The notes below the pieces were generated by a model, which had not been told where the DNA came from, searched no databases, and was given only the letters and a program-made list of their open reading frames with translations. 64,000 nucleotides of DNA from Raillietiella orientalis (taxonomy: Eukaryota), in NCBI GenBank assembly GCA_036172245.1, contig JAYWIR010000055.1, forward strand, positions 744,001 to 808,000, written 5' to 3'. The first letter of the stretch is position 1; each line of letters opens with the position of its first letter. A program made the position numbers and the translations under genes. Below, one piece after another: positions 43,834-56,534 of the stretch.

Positions 43834-46800
43834 ATGCAGGCCGGGAGCAGCGGTGGCAGGATCTTCCCGGACGACCGCTTCGGTGCCAGGTGCCCCCTGT
43901 CGGTCTACGTGGCCGAGGGTGCCCGGCTGCTGCGCAAGGACGACCCCCGCAGGGCCCTGGAGAAGATCGAAACTGTGAGTGGCCGACGACCCCCCGCACC
44001 GGAGGGAGAGAAATGACGTCCTCCCTCCTCCCCTTTCCCACTTTCGCTCGCTCCCTTGTGGCACCTCGGGCCGGAACTCCTGGGAAGCTCCTCGGCAGGA
44101 AGGCAAGAGGATGGGGTAGGGGGGGGGCAATCCGGGCTGCGGAAAGGTCCTTCGGCGGCGCCTCTCTCAGTCATCCGCTCCTCCCGGAGAGGGCAGCGAG
44201 TTATTGGCCCGGGGCCGTGTCCCCTCGGACTGTTGTCGGTGGGCGCGCGCTTGGAGCGTTCCCCGCAGGCGAGCCCGCAGCCTCGTAGGGAGGGAGGACC
44301 CGTGGTCCCCGGGAACAAAGGTGTCGGTTCCTTCTTCCTCTGCTCGTTCCCGCGGAGGCGGTGGAAGGGTAGATCCGCCGCTGCCACCGCCGCCCGCGTC
44401 CGCGGGCGTCCGGTCACCTTGCAAATCCCGGCGGCGTGATACCCCCGCTCGCAGGAAGGCTGGACGAAAGAAGGGGGCGACCTCGACCCGTTCGCGGCAT
44501 GGCGCGTGACCGGCGTCAGAGGGCGCTTCCGCGAGCTCCGCCCTCTTACGGGATCAGCCGCAGCAGCGGCGGAGACCCTAATCCCTCCGGCAAACCCTCA
44601 AATGGGATTTCGGGGCTGCGAGGGAACGAGGGGCTACGGGAAGAGGATGCTCCCTCCCTTCTCCTCGATGTGGGCGGAGCAGGAAGTTCCCGGATCCCGG
44701 GAGAGAGAGGGTAGGGCGCAGGGGGTCTCCCACGTTCGGCCAGTCGCATGGAGGTGCTGAGATGCGAGGCCAGACGCGGAAAGAATGGGCGCACCCAGGT
44801 CGGCACCCCCGATTCTACCCTCTCGTTAGTGCAGAAGGTCCATCCCGTGGCGACGGGGCGCGCGCTCCCTTGGGGAAGGGGGAAGGGGGGGCGGAAGACA
44901 GCACCGTCTGGGAGATGGGACGCCTGGGAGTCCTCCCATACGAGAGCCGGGAACGAAGCGATCGCCGCGCAGCATCTGGAAAACCGCCGTGAGACTGCCG
45001 GAAGGTCGGACCGGGAGGCACCACCCGGGTCGGATGCGTTCGAATGCCCTGGAGAATAGGAGGGGGGAAAAAGGGGCGTCTCTAAGAGCTGCTGCGCCTT
45101 CACCCCTTCGGAGCGGGTCCGGGTGGCTTCTTTCTTGCCTCCCTGCCTTCCTCTCGAGGCCCTTCCGGTCTGCTCGTCGACGGAGCGCTTCGGGAGTTGC
45201 CGCTTCGGCGGCGCAGACTCTGCCGCGGGCGTCGCGCCCACCGACCAAGCGAGATGAAGGGAGGGAGGGGGCGGGGTCTCGGGGAGAGTTTCGGCTCGCT
45301 ACCGGCCCGCTACCGGGCGCCCTCGCTGCGCGTGGAGTGGGAAGAGAGAAGGGCGCAGCGGAGCGCCGGCAGCACCGCGGCGGCGACGGAGGGAAGTTCC
45401 GAGCCGTGCGAACGGCAGTGGTAGTCGCGCGACTCGGCGGCGGCCCGGATGGGTCCACGACGCTGCTCTCTCCCCACGGGGTGCCAGATCGAAGGAGGGA
45501 TTGGGCGCACGTGGAGACCAAGGGGGAGGGAAGGCTCCCACCGCTCACGGCCCCCTTCCTCATGCGCGCTGTCTCTGATGACCCTCGGCAGCGCTGCGCT
45601 GTATCCCTGTGGAGCGCACCTCCCTCCCCTCGTGCGTGAGCAGGAACGGGAGGTGGGGTAGATGGGGCTGGCCATCGCAGGATCGCTCTCAGGACCTCTC
45701 CCAGGTCCGGCCCCCAGACTAGAGCGTCTTCCCGGGTGGAGTGGGGTGGGTCATCCGGGCCGTTGCAGAGTCGCGGCTGTGGTCCGTCCCGTCCCTCGAC
45801 GTCTTGTCGGCCCCTCTCGATCGCCAGATTGCCGGACCGGGGTCTCATCAGGGTGCGGAGGCCGTTTCCCTGCCCACTCCCGCCGGACCAGCAAAGGAAA
45901 ACCCCTCCCGGTGGACGCGACCCCCGCAGGTTCGGGGCCCTAGGGCGCTCGGCTCTGTGGCACGCAATCCTGAAGGGAGAAAAGTGCCGGGGAAGGCGGA
46001 GCTTCCGACCCCCCACTCCACCCCTATCTGATGGGAGAGCTCCTGAAGTGCGCTTTTTTTCAGTCGGGGAGGCGCCGCTCGCAGCGCCCGCCTCGACCGG
46101 GCGTAACGAAGCCGAAGGGCGGCAGCGGTCTGGCGCCTCCTGGAGAGGGTCTCCCTGCCTCCCCCCCATGGGAATCACGTCTAAATCGCCCTTCCCCCAT
46201 CCCGGATGCGGAGGAGGTTCCTGGTGCTCCTCCTCCCTCCTCCTGGTCCCTCCCCCTCCATCCAGAGAGGGGGGCGCGTCGCAGGTCGCTCGAGCAGGCA
46301 GCTCCGATCCACTCGGCACTTTCTAGGGAACACTTCGCCCTCGCCCCTCTCCCGTTCCAGGCTCCAGACTCCTCGTGTCCATCGGGAACGCATCCCCCGC
46401 AGCGAGTGGGAGGGCGCCGCGAGCTCTGCCATGTCCCCTCGTCGCAGGGTTCCCTCTCCCTGTGGCCACTTCAAGGATTTTCCCTATCTGGAAGCAGACC
46501 CTAGCCAGAACCACGGAAGGAATCCGCTTCCCACCCCTCCCTCCAGTCTCTCTCTCGTTCGCGCCCGTGCCGTCTCCAGGGAGATCTGCGGCGTCGATCC
46601 CGCCGGCTCTGCCTGCCGAAAGCGACGGGCCATTCCTCCCCTTGCCTTCCAGGAGGGGCAGAAACGGCCTCTGACGCCTCATTACCTTCCTCTCCCTCCC
46701 GAAAACCACTCGGAGGGCTCCCTGCGGCAGCGGCGAGGGAGGGAGGGGGAGGGGAGGAAAGGAAAGCGGGGGTTGCTGGGGACGCCGCCAGGAACGCTAT

Positions 46801-49800
46801 CGACAAAACAAGCGCAGGGGGACGCCGCGGGCGATCGCGCACGCCCTGCGTCCCCAGGTGGTGAGTGGTCCTGCTTGCGCGCGCTTCCACCAGTGGTGCT
46901 CGTGGCCCCCTCTCCTTCCCCTCGGCGCCACCCGCTGTTGCCTCCCGCGACCCCATGGTGGGGCGGGAGGAAGGCGAAGGGGCGGAGGGGGGTGCCTTTC
47001 CCGCCCGTTCCCCATCGCAGTCGCCCATGCCGGCCGAGGAGACCCCTGCTGACGGAGGAGGGGGCGGCGGCGGCCCCCAAAAACCGCAAGGGGCGAAGGC
47101 GGCCGCGCGGTCAGGGAGCCTGGACAGCTGCGCCCCCCCGGTGGACGCCAAGGCGATGTTGCTGAAGCTCAACCGGAAGCTGCGCGAGAGGACCGCCGGG
47201 AAGAAGGGGGAGATGTACGTGGACAAGGACAGAGGGGCGGCGGTGACCTTCGGCGACCGGGACATCAAGGCCATCCTACGGGGGAGGCGCGGGGAGAGGA
47301 GGAGTCTGGCGGCGGCGTTCCTGGACGCGTCACCGCCGGACCTGCTGCCCTCCCTGGCGCGATTCGCCCTGCGGCGCAGCACCACCGGGGCCGCCATGTC
47401 GTACCTCAACCAGGTGATCAACTTGTGCTTCTTGGGCGGTGTGGGGGCGAGGAACGGGGTAGCTTCCGGCTGGGAGTCGCGCGCGTCTGCCGCAGGCTGG
47501 GTGTGGAGAACGAAAGGGCAGGGGCGGTAGACTTCACATTGGCGCTCCCCCTTGTAGGAGGAGCTCTCTGGGGGGGCGTGGGAGCGCCCTGACAGTCGTT
47601 GCCCCCATGGAATGAGGGGTTAAGGGCAGAGGACGCCCCCCCTTTGCCTCCTGCTCGCCTCTTTCCCGCGAACAACCCGGAACGGTCCGCGCCGCTGGCA
47701 CCACCTCAGGCCCGACTCCGGAGGGATGCTAGACGCTCCCCTCTCTCGAGGAGCGGCTGCCCCAGCCTCGGCAGTGATCCAGCTTCTTCGGAAGCCCCCC
47801 GGTCCAGCGCTGCGCCTCTCGCTCTCTCCAAGGATAGCGTCAGGGAGGGGGGCGAATACGCCGCTTCCTTTTTGCCTTCCCCGGGAGCCCCTTGCGGCGT
47901 TTACCTGGCAACGGCGGCGTTCTTCCAGGCCCTGGAGCTCGAGCCCGGGAACAAGGAGTGCCTCGTGATCCGCAGCACCTGCCTGCTGTCGCTGGGCAAC
48001 CAGCAAGCTGCGCTGCAGGACGTGGAGAAGGCTCTGCGGATCGACCCCTCCTACCTCAAAGGTGAGCGGAAGGACCCACCTTCCTTCTTCCCTGCCCTCC
48101 CTGCAGCTCGGTCTCACGACGATACGGGGACGGGGAGCTGTGTCTTCAGTGAGGCATCCTCCGGTTACGTGCGCACGATACCGGATCTATTTCGCGTTCC
48201 CTGAACCGAAAGGTTTTGATTGCTCCGGGAGCAGCAACGCACTTGCGGGGAGCGGGGACTCGGCGGGACTCCTTGGGGCTTACAACAGGGCAGGGCGCTT
48301 CGAAGGACACGCGCGTTCTGGCAGCGGCGGAGGCCCGCCGAGAGAGAGCCTTCGGATGTGGCGCCGGCATCCCTGCGACGGAAGAGTCGGGATGGATGGG
48401 GGGGAAGGGGGGGGGGGAAAAGATGTGTAGCGCCTCGCCCTTCTCTAGCGTCACGCACCGGCTCGGGAAAATGGGAGGGGACGGAAGCATTCGGGCAGTG
48501 GACCAGGAAACCCCTGGGGACCGACGACCGGGGAGCGTCCTTGGGCGGTCCACATCGGTCGCGGATCCGTTTGCAGTCTCGATGTGACAGCGGGCTTGCG
48601 GGAGGTCGATCTCAGCGCACGGGCCTCCCGCCCGCGGCGGAGTGCAGGCGGGAGGAACTCGGCTGCCCCGCGCGCGATGACCGGGGAAAGGGCCAGTTTC
48701 CCGCCAGCTCGCGTACTAGACCGCAGATAGGTGCGAGGCGGTCGGTCGCCAATGCGACGGCGCGCCCCACGGCAAAGACTGCACAGACCACCACCCACTC
48801 GTGACGAGCAGCGCATACTCGCTCGCCCCTTAAGCAGCTCCGGAGCTCGGAGGGGCGGGGAAATGTCGAGGGGACTTCGCGACTTCCTGAGGGCGAGGCA
48901 GGATGCTGACGAAGCAGCAGCAGCGGCGAGTCGCCTCTGGGTCCCGCCGGGACCTGCTGCAGCGGGTCTTTGTTGAAGCTGGAGACCGCTGCCCGCGGTA
49001 GAGCTGGCGGGATCGGGACCAAGCGCAGCCTGAACGGGATGCGTTCCGACGCACTTTCGGGAGCGCACGTGTTGCCTCGTGCGTGGCCGTGTTGACGATT
49101 GCCCCCGAGGCGCGCTCCATGCGCTCTGGCACTTGCAGTGGGCGGTCCACTTCCTCCAGCCGATTCCAGAAGAATCCTTGCGGGGGGGGGGGGGGAAGAG
49201 CGGTCGGTGAGGATCGGAGCACCGGCAGCAGCTGCTGAGATCGGGTCACGGCAGCGCCAAGGGAGGGGACGAAGGGTGGAGGTTCCGACCGAAGAGCGCG
49301 TACCATTTTTTTCTTTTGGTCCAGTGCCGAAGGGCCGTTCGCTTCCTCAGGGAGAACGGTCAAGAAGTTCTTCTTCAGCACGGTCCATGCCACCCGAAGA
49401 TGCGTGCATGCCGCTCCTCAGGTCAGGATGCGACCCCTGTGAATCCAGGAAGATTTCCGGAGGGAGAAGTCCATTCCTCTCTTACGTTTGGGAGAGGAAC
49501 CTCCGCCCTGGTTGTTTCCAGAGGGGGTCTCCTGGTGGGGGGCGATCTCCGTTTCCTCCTCCTCTGAAGAGAACCCCGAAGGGACGCTTCCCAATTTTTT
49601 CTCTGTAGGGCGCTCCTCTAAGGGAGCGCTCAACCAGATCCATCACGAGGGGGGAAACCCGAAGGGCTCCTCGATATATTGGAAGGACTCCGGAGGGAGG
49701 GTCGACTTCCAGTCCCGGCCGGTCGACGGGGGTACCCGGCGTCTACCAGCGCTGCTCTTGAGCCCGTGATGGAAGTTCGACGTGGAAGACGAGCGGCTGA

Positions 49801-52800
49801 GGCTTTGGACCGCGCTGGCAGTGGCTCCGCGGGTCCTATCTCCCCTGGAGCTGGGGGGAGGGGAAGGGGGAAAGCTCCGGAGAAGGCCGCCTGATATAGA
49901 ACACCTCAGAGGAAGGTTCACGCCCACGAGTCCTTCCTTCCCATGCTGCCCGGCCGCTGGACGAGGGGCGTCGCCATCGCCGCCCCTCGGAGTCAGGGGA
50001 CGGAGGAGCGAGACCTCACCGAAGAACTCCGCTTCCCTGCACCCTTGCGTCGCCGTGATGATCGGAGGAGGAGTCCCCTGCGGGCGAGCGGAATCGGGGA
50101 GGGGCGAGTCGTGGGTTCCGAAGGAGAGACTCGGGAACCCCGACACACACCCCGTTCTCGGTGTCGCCGCTCCCTCGAGTGGGATTCGAACCCGCGCACC
50201 ATCTTTTGTGGGAACCGCCACAACCTGCTGTCGGATCCTCTGGATTCGCCAGCGGGTGGTTCCTGCGGCGCCGCAGTCAGGGAGGGCTCTGCCGGAAGCG
50301 GCGACCTCCCGGACGGCGCCCATTCCCGGAACCGAACGGGCGAGGGAGGCACCGGAGCCGAGCGTTCCCGGCTCCACGCCGCTCCCTCCCCGTGGCGCGG
50401 CCCAGAACGGGCTTTCGCGGAGGGCCGATTTCATCCCCTCGGCGCAAAAGGGGCGGGGTGGGCCTATTGGCGAAGCCTGGAAGAGCCGCCGCCGGCGGTC
50501 CTCGGTAACCAGCGCGGAGATTCCGCCGCATTCAAGCGCGCGCGCGAGATCAGACCGCGTGGCGTGCAGAGCGGCGCCTCGTTAACCGGCACGGGGCCCG
50601 CAAAGAAACGGGAGCAAGCAGGCGGCCCCACTCCGAGGGGCGAACCAGTCCTCGGGATGCTGCGTGCATCACCGTCCTCGTTTCCCTCCCAGAAAGAATG
50701 TCTGTCGAGGGCGGGAGATCGCCGCGCTTGCGGGAAGTCCGCCCGCGCCTCGCTCAGGGAAGCGAATGGTGCCTGCCCCCTGATGCGAGAGGAGAGGCGG
50801 CCGCCCCCTCTTCCCTCCCCTTCTCCCAATCCTTTCCGCAGCATCCTGCAGTCGGTACGAAGGAAGGAGGGCATTCTCGGAGCCGCACTGCCAACCCAAG
50901 GGGCGACGGGGAGAAGGCGGCGTGCTTTAGGCCAGGAAGGAGGGAGAGGCGACCTGCTGCTCACGCTGCGCACGTGGGAGCACCGCCGTTCCTGCTCACG
51001 TGATTAGGGCATTCGAACGCCACAGCATGGATGGAGCGATTGCATGGATGGGGGACCACCTCTCAGGTTAGGGGTTGCTTTCAGCCTCCTCCGAATGCTG
51101 CGCGCCGGGTCTTCGCTCCGACCTCGGGGTCTAATGGGAAGAGGGTACTGCCACCGCGGGGGATGAGTAGGGGACATCTGTAGGTCTCGGTTGCGAGCGG
51201 AAGCGCGCCGGGAGTCGAGGGAGGAGTCGCACCCATCGACTCCGCACCGCGAGGAAGCCCACCGGAAGATTCGCTTCAGTCTCGGCTGGACGGGACGGGA
51301 AACGCGCGTGTGTGCGCGCGATCTGGGGAGGAGGAAGTCCCGGACTCCCCTCTCGTACCCCGGAGGCATCCCGAGCCGAAATGACCGGAAACGACTCTGG
51401 GTGACACACGCCCTGGAGTTCGCGGGCAGGCGAAACGATCGACACCCTCCGACGACGAAGGTGGTCCTTCCGGGAAGGGTCCTCGGTCCCTGACTTCCCT
51501 CTCGTAGGCTCCGTCCGTGGTTCCGGGAGCTAGGTCGCTCCTCGGAACCCGCGCACGTCTCAAGGGCCCTCCTGGAGCCCCCACACGACCCGGGAAAGCA
51601 AAGTCCGTCCGAGGGAATGGCGTCTAAGGGAAAGAGGCGCAGATTGCAGCCACCGCTGGGCGCTCGCTGCAAGTCGGACAAGGAAAGGGGGGGGATTTCT
51701 CAGAATGCAACGGAGGTGGTTGTGATGCCGAAAACGAACGCGAGGCACCCCGAAAGAGGGGGAAAGAGGGTGCGCGGGAGATGGTGCACCCCTCCTCCCC
51801 TCGTGCCCTCTTTCCGTTTGATCTTTCGTCAAGAGTGGCTCCCAGGCGGTGGCTCGTCGCACCCCCGCGAGGGGTCCGAAGGGAGCTTAAATCATCAGCC
51901 TCAAGCCCAACTCTGAAGGCGTAGCAAGGAATCGGCTGCAGTTGAGGCACATCCCACTGCAGGTGAGGTTCCTGGATACCCGGCAGCTCCGGACGGTGGG
52001 TGGGGATGGAAAGCGGGCCGTCCGGAAGTCTTCTGCCGCCGTTGAGGTGGTCCCGCTTGGATGTTCGTCGGTCTGGGGGAAACCACCAGAAGGGAAGAGC
52101 GAACCGAGAAGGGCTGCGTCACGTCACGCGACCCTCCTGCGGGGCGTAAAGCTTCGTAGGGCGCACCTGGCTGTTCTGTGAGCTGCTGTAGACGCGCGTG
52201 CAAGCCACGCAGGAGGAGGAGGCGGACTCAAGGTGCAGCAAAAGAACTTGGAGAGTCCCCACTCGGGCGGACTGGAGTCTACTCGCTGCTTACAGATGGA
52301 CCCGCCGCTTGCGCCTCAGTCTATGGAGGGAGACACCTCCGTTTTCACCCGCCAAACTTCAACGGAGCACACCGTGGAAAGCACAGAGGAGATGCGCTGG
52401 AGGCTCGCGAGGAAGGGTGAGTTGCAGCAGTTGCTCCAAGACGGCTCTGGGAGACGAAGAGGAATTGTTGCTGCGAGACGGAGCTCAGAGGGAACCAACG
52501 CGAGGTGGAGTGGACACCTCTCCCGGCAGATCTTCGCGAGAGAGGGCGAACCACAAATAAGAAACGGCACAGCTCGTTGCTCGCGCACGTCAGCCAGCCT
52601 TCGCTGCAGCGGACACCGCGTCATCGTTCGGCCCGTTAGTCTCCATCCCATGGGACGAAGTCTCCCTACATGAGGGGTCTCATGAATCCATCCCAACCGG
52701 TCAGCGGCGACTCTTAGAGCTTGCCGTGAATCCGGCCAGCCCCTCAAGAGATACGCTGCAGAGTTTTGCTTTTGTCCGCGTCGGAGACCTTGTGGTTACT

Positions 52801-55363
52801 GTATGTCGGCGTGGCACCACAAAGTGTCGCGGGTTCGAATACTCGATAAGAATTGGCGTCGAGGAATTAAAATCCTTGGGCGTTCTCAACATTTTCAACA
52901 CAGCACGCACGCCCCGAGTACTCAGCTTTTGGCCAAGACTTACGAGAGGAGCCCGACTTGCAGCCGTGGCAACAAAGAAGCAGCAGCAGCAGCAGCAGCA
53001 GCAGGTTGTTGAAAGACTTTATTACGGAGATGAGGAACAAACAAGTGAAACAAAGAAACACTGCGTCCTTGGATGGATTGCGCGGCTACCATCGGTCTCT
53101 GCCACGTTGCTCTTAGAGCGCTCGTTCCATATTGACCATTTCTTCGTTTTACAGGGATCCCTCAACTTTTTATTTCCGTTTCAGAATGCCAGTCCTCCTC
53201 CTCCCACTGATGGACCGCTGGATTACGACTCAACTCCTCGAGTTCCGCTCCATCGTTCTGCGGATCGATTCGCACCGCTCCGGACTCAAAGAAGCGACTT
53301 TGGCCAAACTTTCGGCTGCCAGCAAATGAGACGTCAGCTCTAAACTCCCTAACGAAGATGGAGTTTTGGCTCTAAGCAGGGACCCCAGTTCGTGGGGAAA
53401 GGGCCGCCAATTTCTTGCATGCCAGGGCCAACTTTCTTGGAAGAGTCCGTTCACCTACTCGCGTTCTTTTGTCTTCGAAACATGCGGGGTAGAGTCAAAA
53501 AGTCACGGACAAAAATCTACAGCTGCCGGAGATGGCCGCAACCGATGCTTCAGACATTTCATTATGCATGCAACAAGTGCCCGGCCACGCACGCAACCGA
53601 CGTACTCGACGTGCGAATACCAACATGCACTTCCGTCGGCGAATCAATTCGTTCCTCATGAGCCCGCCCTCCGCGAAAATCAATCCTGGCAGGCGATGCT
53701 TTTTTTTTTTTTTTTTCTTTTTCTTTTAGCCATCCTTCAGAAAGCGGAGATTCTCTACAGCATGGGGGACTTCGAACACGCACTGATGTTCTTTCAGCGC
53801 GGGTACCAGACGCGACCTTACAACGAGAGCTTCAAGATGGGCGTCCGAAAGGCGCAGAAGGCCATCGAGAACGCCCTCGAAGGTAGGCCGAAAAGGAACG
53901 GGAGCTTCGGGACCGCCTGCGGCGCTTCCAAGGTAAAGACGTCCTGACGTTTGGCAGCCTCGACGTCGCGCCGACGGACGCAGACCGCGGGAACGCGGAA
54001 GACGACAGCAAACACTCGGAGTGCCAGAACGCGAAAGAGAACTCGTCAGGGCTTGACGAGGTCATTTCAAAGAAAGTGCTGGAAGAGCTGGATGTGGACA
54101 AGCGCTACTTCGAAAGCTTGATCAAGTCGCCTTGTAAGGAGAGCATTTTGACCCGCCCCTCCTGAGCGTTCCTTTGAAAAACAAAAACAAACCCTCAGAT
54201 CTTTCCGACGAGGACTGCGCCGCCTCCAAGATGGAAGCGCACGAAGCGTTGAACTACTTGTCGTCGCGCCAGCGCTTCTGGTTGCAGCAGAGACCACTCA
54301 ACCTGCGGAAGCCGGGGAGAGTGACCATCTCGTTCTCCGTAAGCTCGTGGGGACTGCGCGCCTGCGGCGACAACCGGTCTTTCAGAGGAGCCCGGACAGC
54401 CACCGGGGTGGCGCGCGGCAGGAAAAGAGCCCGGCTAGGAGGAAGCCGCAAGCATCGCGCGACCTCCTGAGGCAAGCCGAAGCAGGTTCTGAATGCGTAT
54501 GTCCTGGAGCCGCGCCATCGTTCATCCGGGAGCTTTCCAGCCTTCCGGAGGGCATCCTACGACAGCGTCCTGCAAATCACCGGCAGAATGCTCAAGGAGT
54601 GCAGCTCGGACGACGTCGGCCCGGAGGAACTCATCCGCGTGTACCTTCTGAAGGGGAAGGCACACCTGCAGCTTGGGAGCTACAGGCGCGCACTGTCGGC
54701 CTATCGTGGCGCCCTGGCTCAGGCGACGCAGCAGTTGAGAGGGGAGGGGGGGAGTATCGATGGTAACGGGGGGTGGGTCCTCACACGCGGCATGCGCAGG
54801 AAACTGGACCAGGAACGGCGCCACCTCGTGTACCACATCGGCCTGGCGCACCTGCAGGCGAAGTGCTACCGGAAAGCCATCGAGGCGTGGGAGGAGTTGA
54901 AGAACGGGAAAAACGCTGTATTGACGTGCTACTTGGCCTGGTGCCACCTGAGTAAGCGCCGGGGCAGAGGGGCCTCCGGCTGCGAGCGTTTCAGGTGCCA
55001 ACCAGACGTGGGCGACGAGGAGAACGCCCGACTGTACGCGCTGCGCACGCTGGAGATGGAGTCGCCGTCCGACGAGCAGACGTCCTACGCGATGGCGTCG
55101 TCGCTCATCATCGAGGGGCAAGTCCAACGTGAGAGGGGGATCGAGGGGGGGGGGGTCGTCATCAAGGGATCGACGCTCCGATCCCCCACGTTGCAGTGCG
55201 GCAAGGGCACGCCGCGGCCTGCTCGGAACGGTTGCTGAAAGCGGCCGGGTTCGCGAAGCGCGCAGGTCAGGCAGGCCACGCCGCCCTGCTGCAGGAGCTG
55301 GCGTGCGTGGTGGCCGAGGAGGAAGAGGTCGGAACGCCTGCGGACCATCAGGAGCAAGGGTAG
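43834..55363 (+). CDS. TTC25: Outer dynein arm docking complex subunit TTC25/ODAD4 (TPR protein), full-length copy
   Basis: First exon 43834-43974 or one ending at 47413; then 47929-48061 (ALELEPGNKECLVIRSTCLLSLG..AL.D.E.AL.IDP), 53730-53882 (AILQKAEILYSMGDFEHALMFFQRG...GVRKAQKAIEN), ELDVDKRYFESL and YLSSRQRFWLQQRP. C-terminal TPR exons end in 55197-55363. Confidence 0.88.
44090..45000 (+). mobile_element. Decayed RTE-like LINE relic in TTC25 intron
   Basis: Ordered motif ghosts GQSGLRKGPS...VIR, TGVRG..ELRPL, MRGQTRKEWAHPGRH, ALPW..KGGRK..P..RW, AAQHLENRR across shifted frames. Confidence 0.4.
52981..53004 (+). repeat. (CAG)8 microsatellite, intronic
   Basis: Eight tandem CAG units read directly from the sequence. 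Confidence 0.9.
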
Positions 55364-56496
55364 CTCCAGTCCTGGCCGAACCCACAGGCCGAATCGGAGT
55401 CGGAGTCCTCCTTGATGCGCGGAGGCGGGCGTAACACGGAGAGCACCTGGTCCGCCTGCTTCTTGCTCTTCTTTCGCTTGAAAGACATGGTCTTCGGGGG
55501 CGGCATCCTGCGGGAGTCGATCTGCAAAAAAACACTCGCAATCAGCGGGAAGGCCGTGTCAAGCCGTGAAAAAAAACAACAACAACAAAAACAAAAAACT
55601 GACCATGGCTTGCAGGTTGTCGATGGAGCTCCAGTTGCGACCCAGGGTGGCGCCCGCCAGCAAGTTGTTGATCACCTCGGTGGTCTTTTTGACGCGGACG
55701 TTGAACGAGCCCATCCGGAGGAAGCTGGTGCCGATGCCATGCTCGTGGTGACGCCTCCTGTCGTGCAGACCTACGCAAAAAAATAAAAGGAAAAAATCAG
55801 AATGATTGGCGAGATTCCTGGTGGGGGAAGCCACACATGCTCTCACGGTCATCTCGGCTGCAGCGGCGGCGCGGCATCCCTAGGGTCACACACCGAATGG
55901 CAGAGTGGCTGAGGAAGTCGAACGAAAGAGTCCGAGGAGCAAGGCGGAAGCTGGCGCGAAATGCAACAGCTCTCAAGAGCAGGAAACAACTAATAGGCAA
56001 TCCAGATTTTTAATAGACAGAATCACGTGGCATATCGGTAACACAGTTGCCTCAGGTGAAGACGGGACTTTCGCCGCTTTTGCTCATCGTTGTCCTGGCT
56101 GCTAGGAGAAATTCTCCGACGTCGCTTATACTCACTTCCAAGCACCTCGCAGAAGATTTCTTTGGCTGTGGTGTACTGGTGCGGCTTCTTCCCGCTGTAG
56201 TCGCGAGCGTTGTTGTCCGCATCTGAAAATCGCGTTGCCGGTGAGCCCGTTTCTGCGTGGGCGGAGGGGAGAGATGCCTACCGTACGTCTGCACGAGCAG
56301 GTCGAGGGCCTCCTGGCTGTTGCACTGCGCCGCGATGTGTAGCGGGGTGTAACCCTTCAGAAGGAAAAGAAATTTCGGTTTCGGCGCCCGTCCACCTACA
56401 CCTGGTCGTCAGAAGTACTTACCCCGTGCTACAAGATGCAAAACGATATCAGCACGGGAAGGAGCACGCAGGCATCCGCAACCAGGAGCAAGCAAG

Positions 56497-56534
<38 letters not shown>

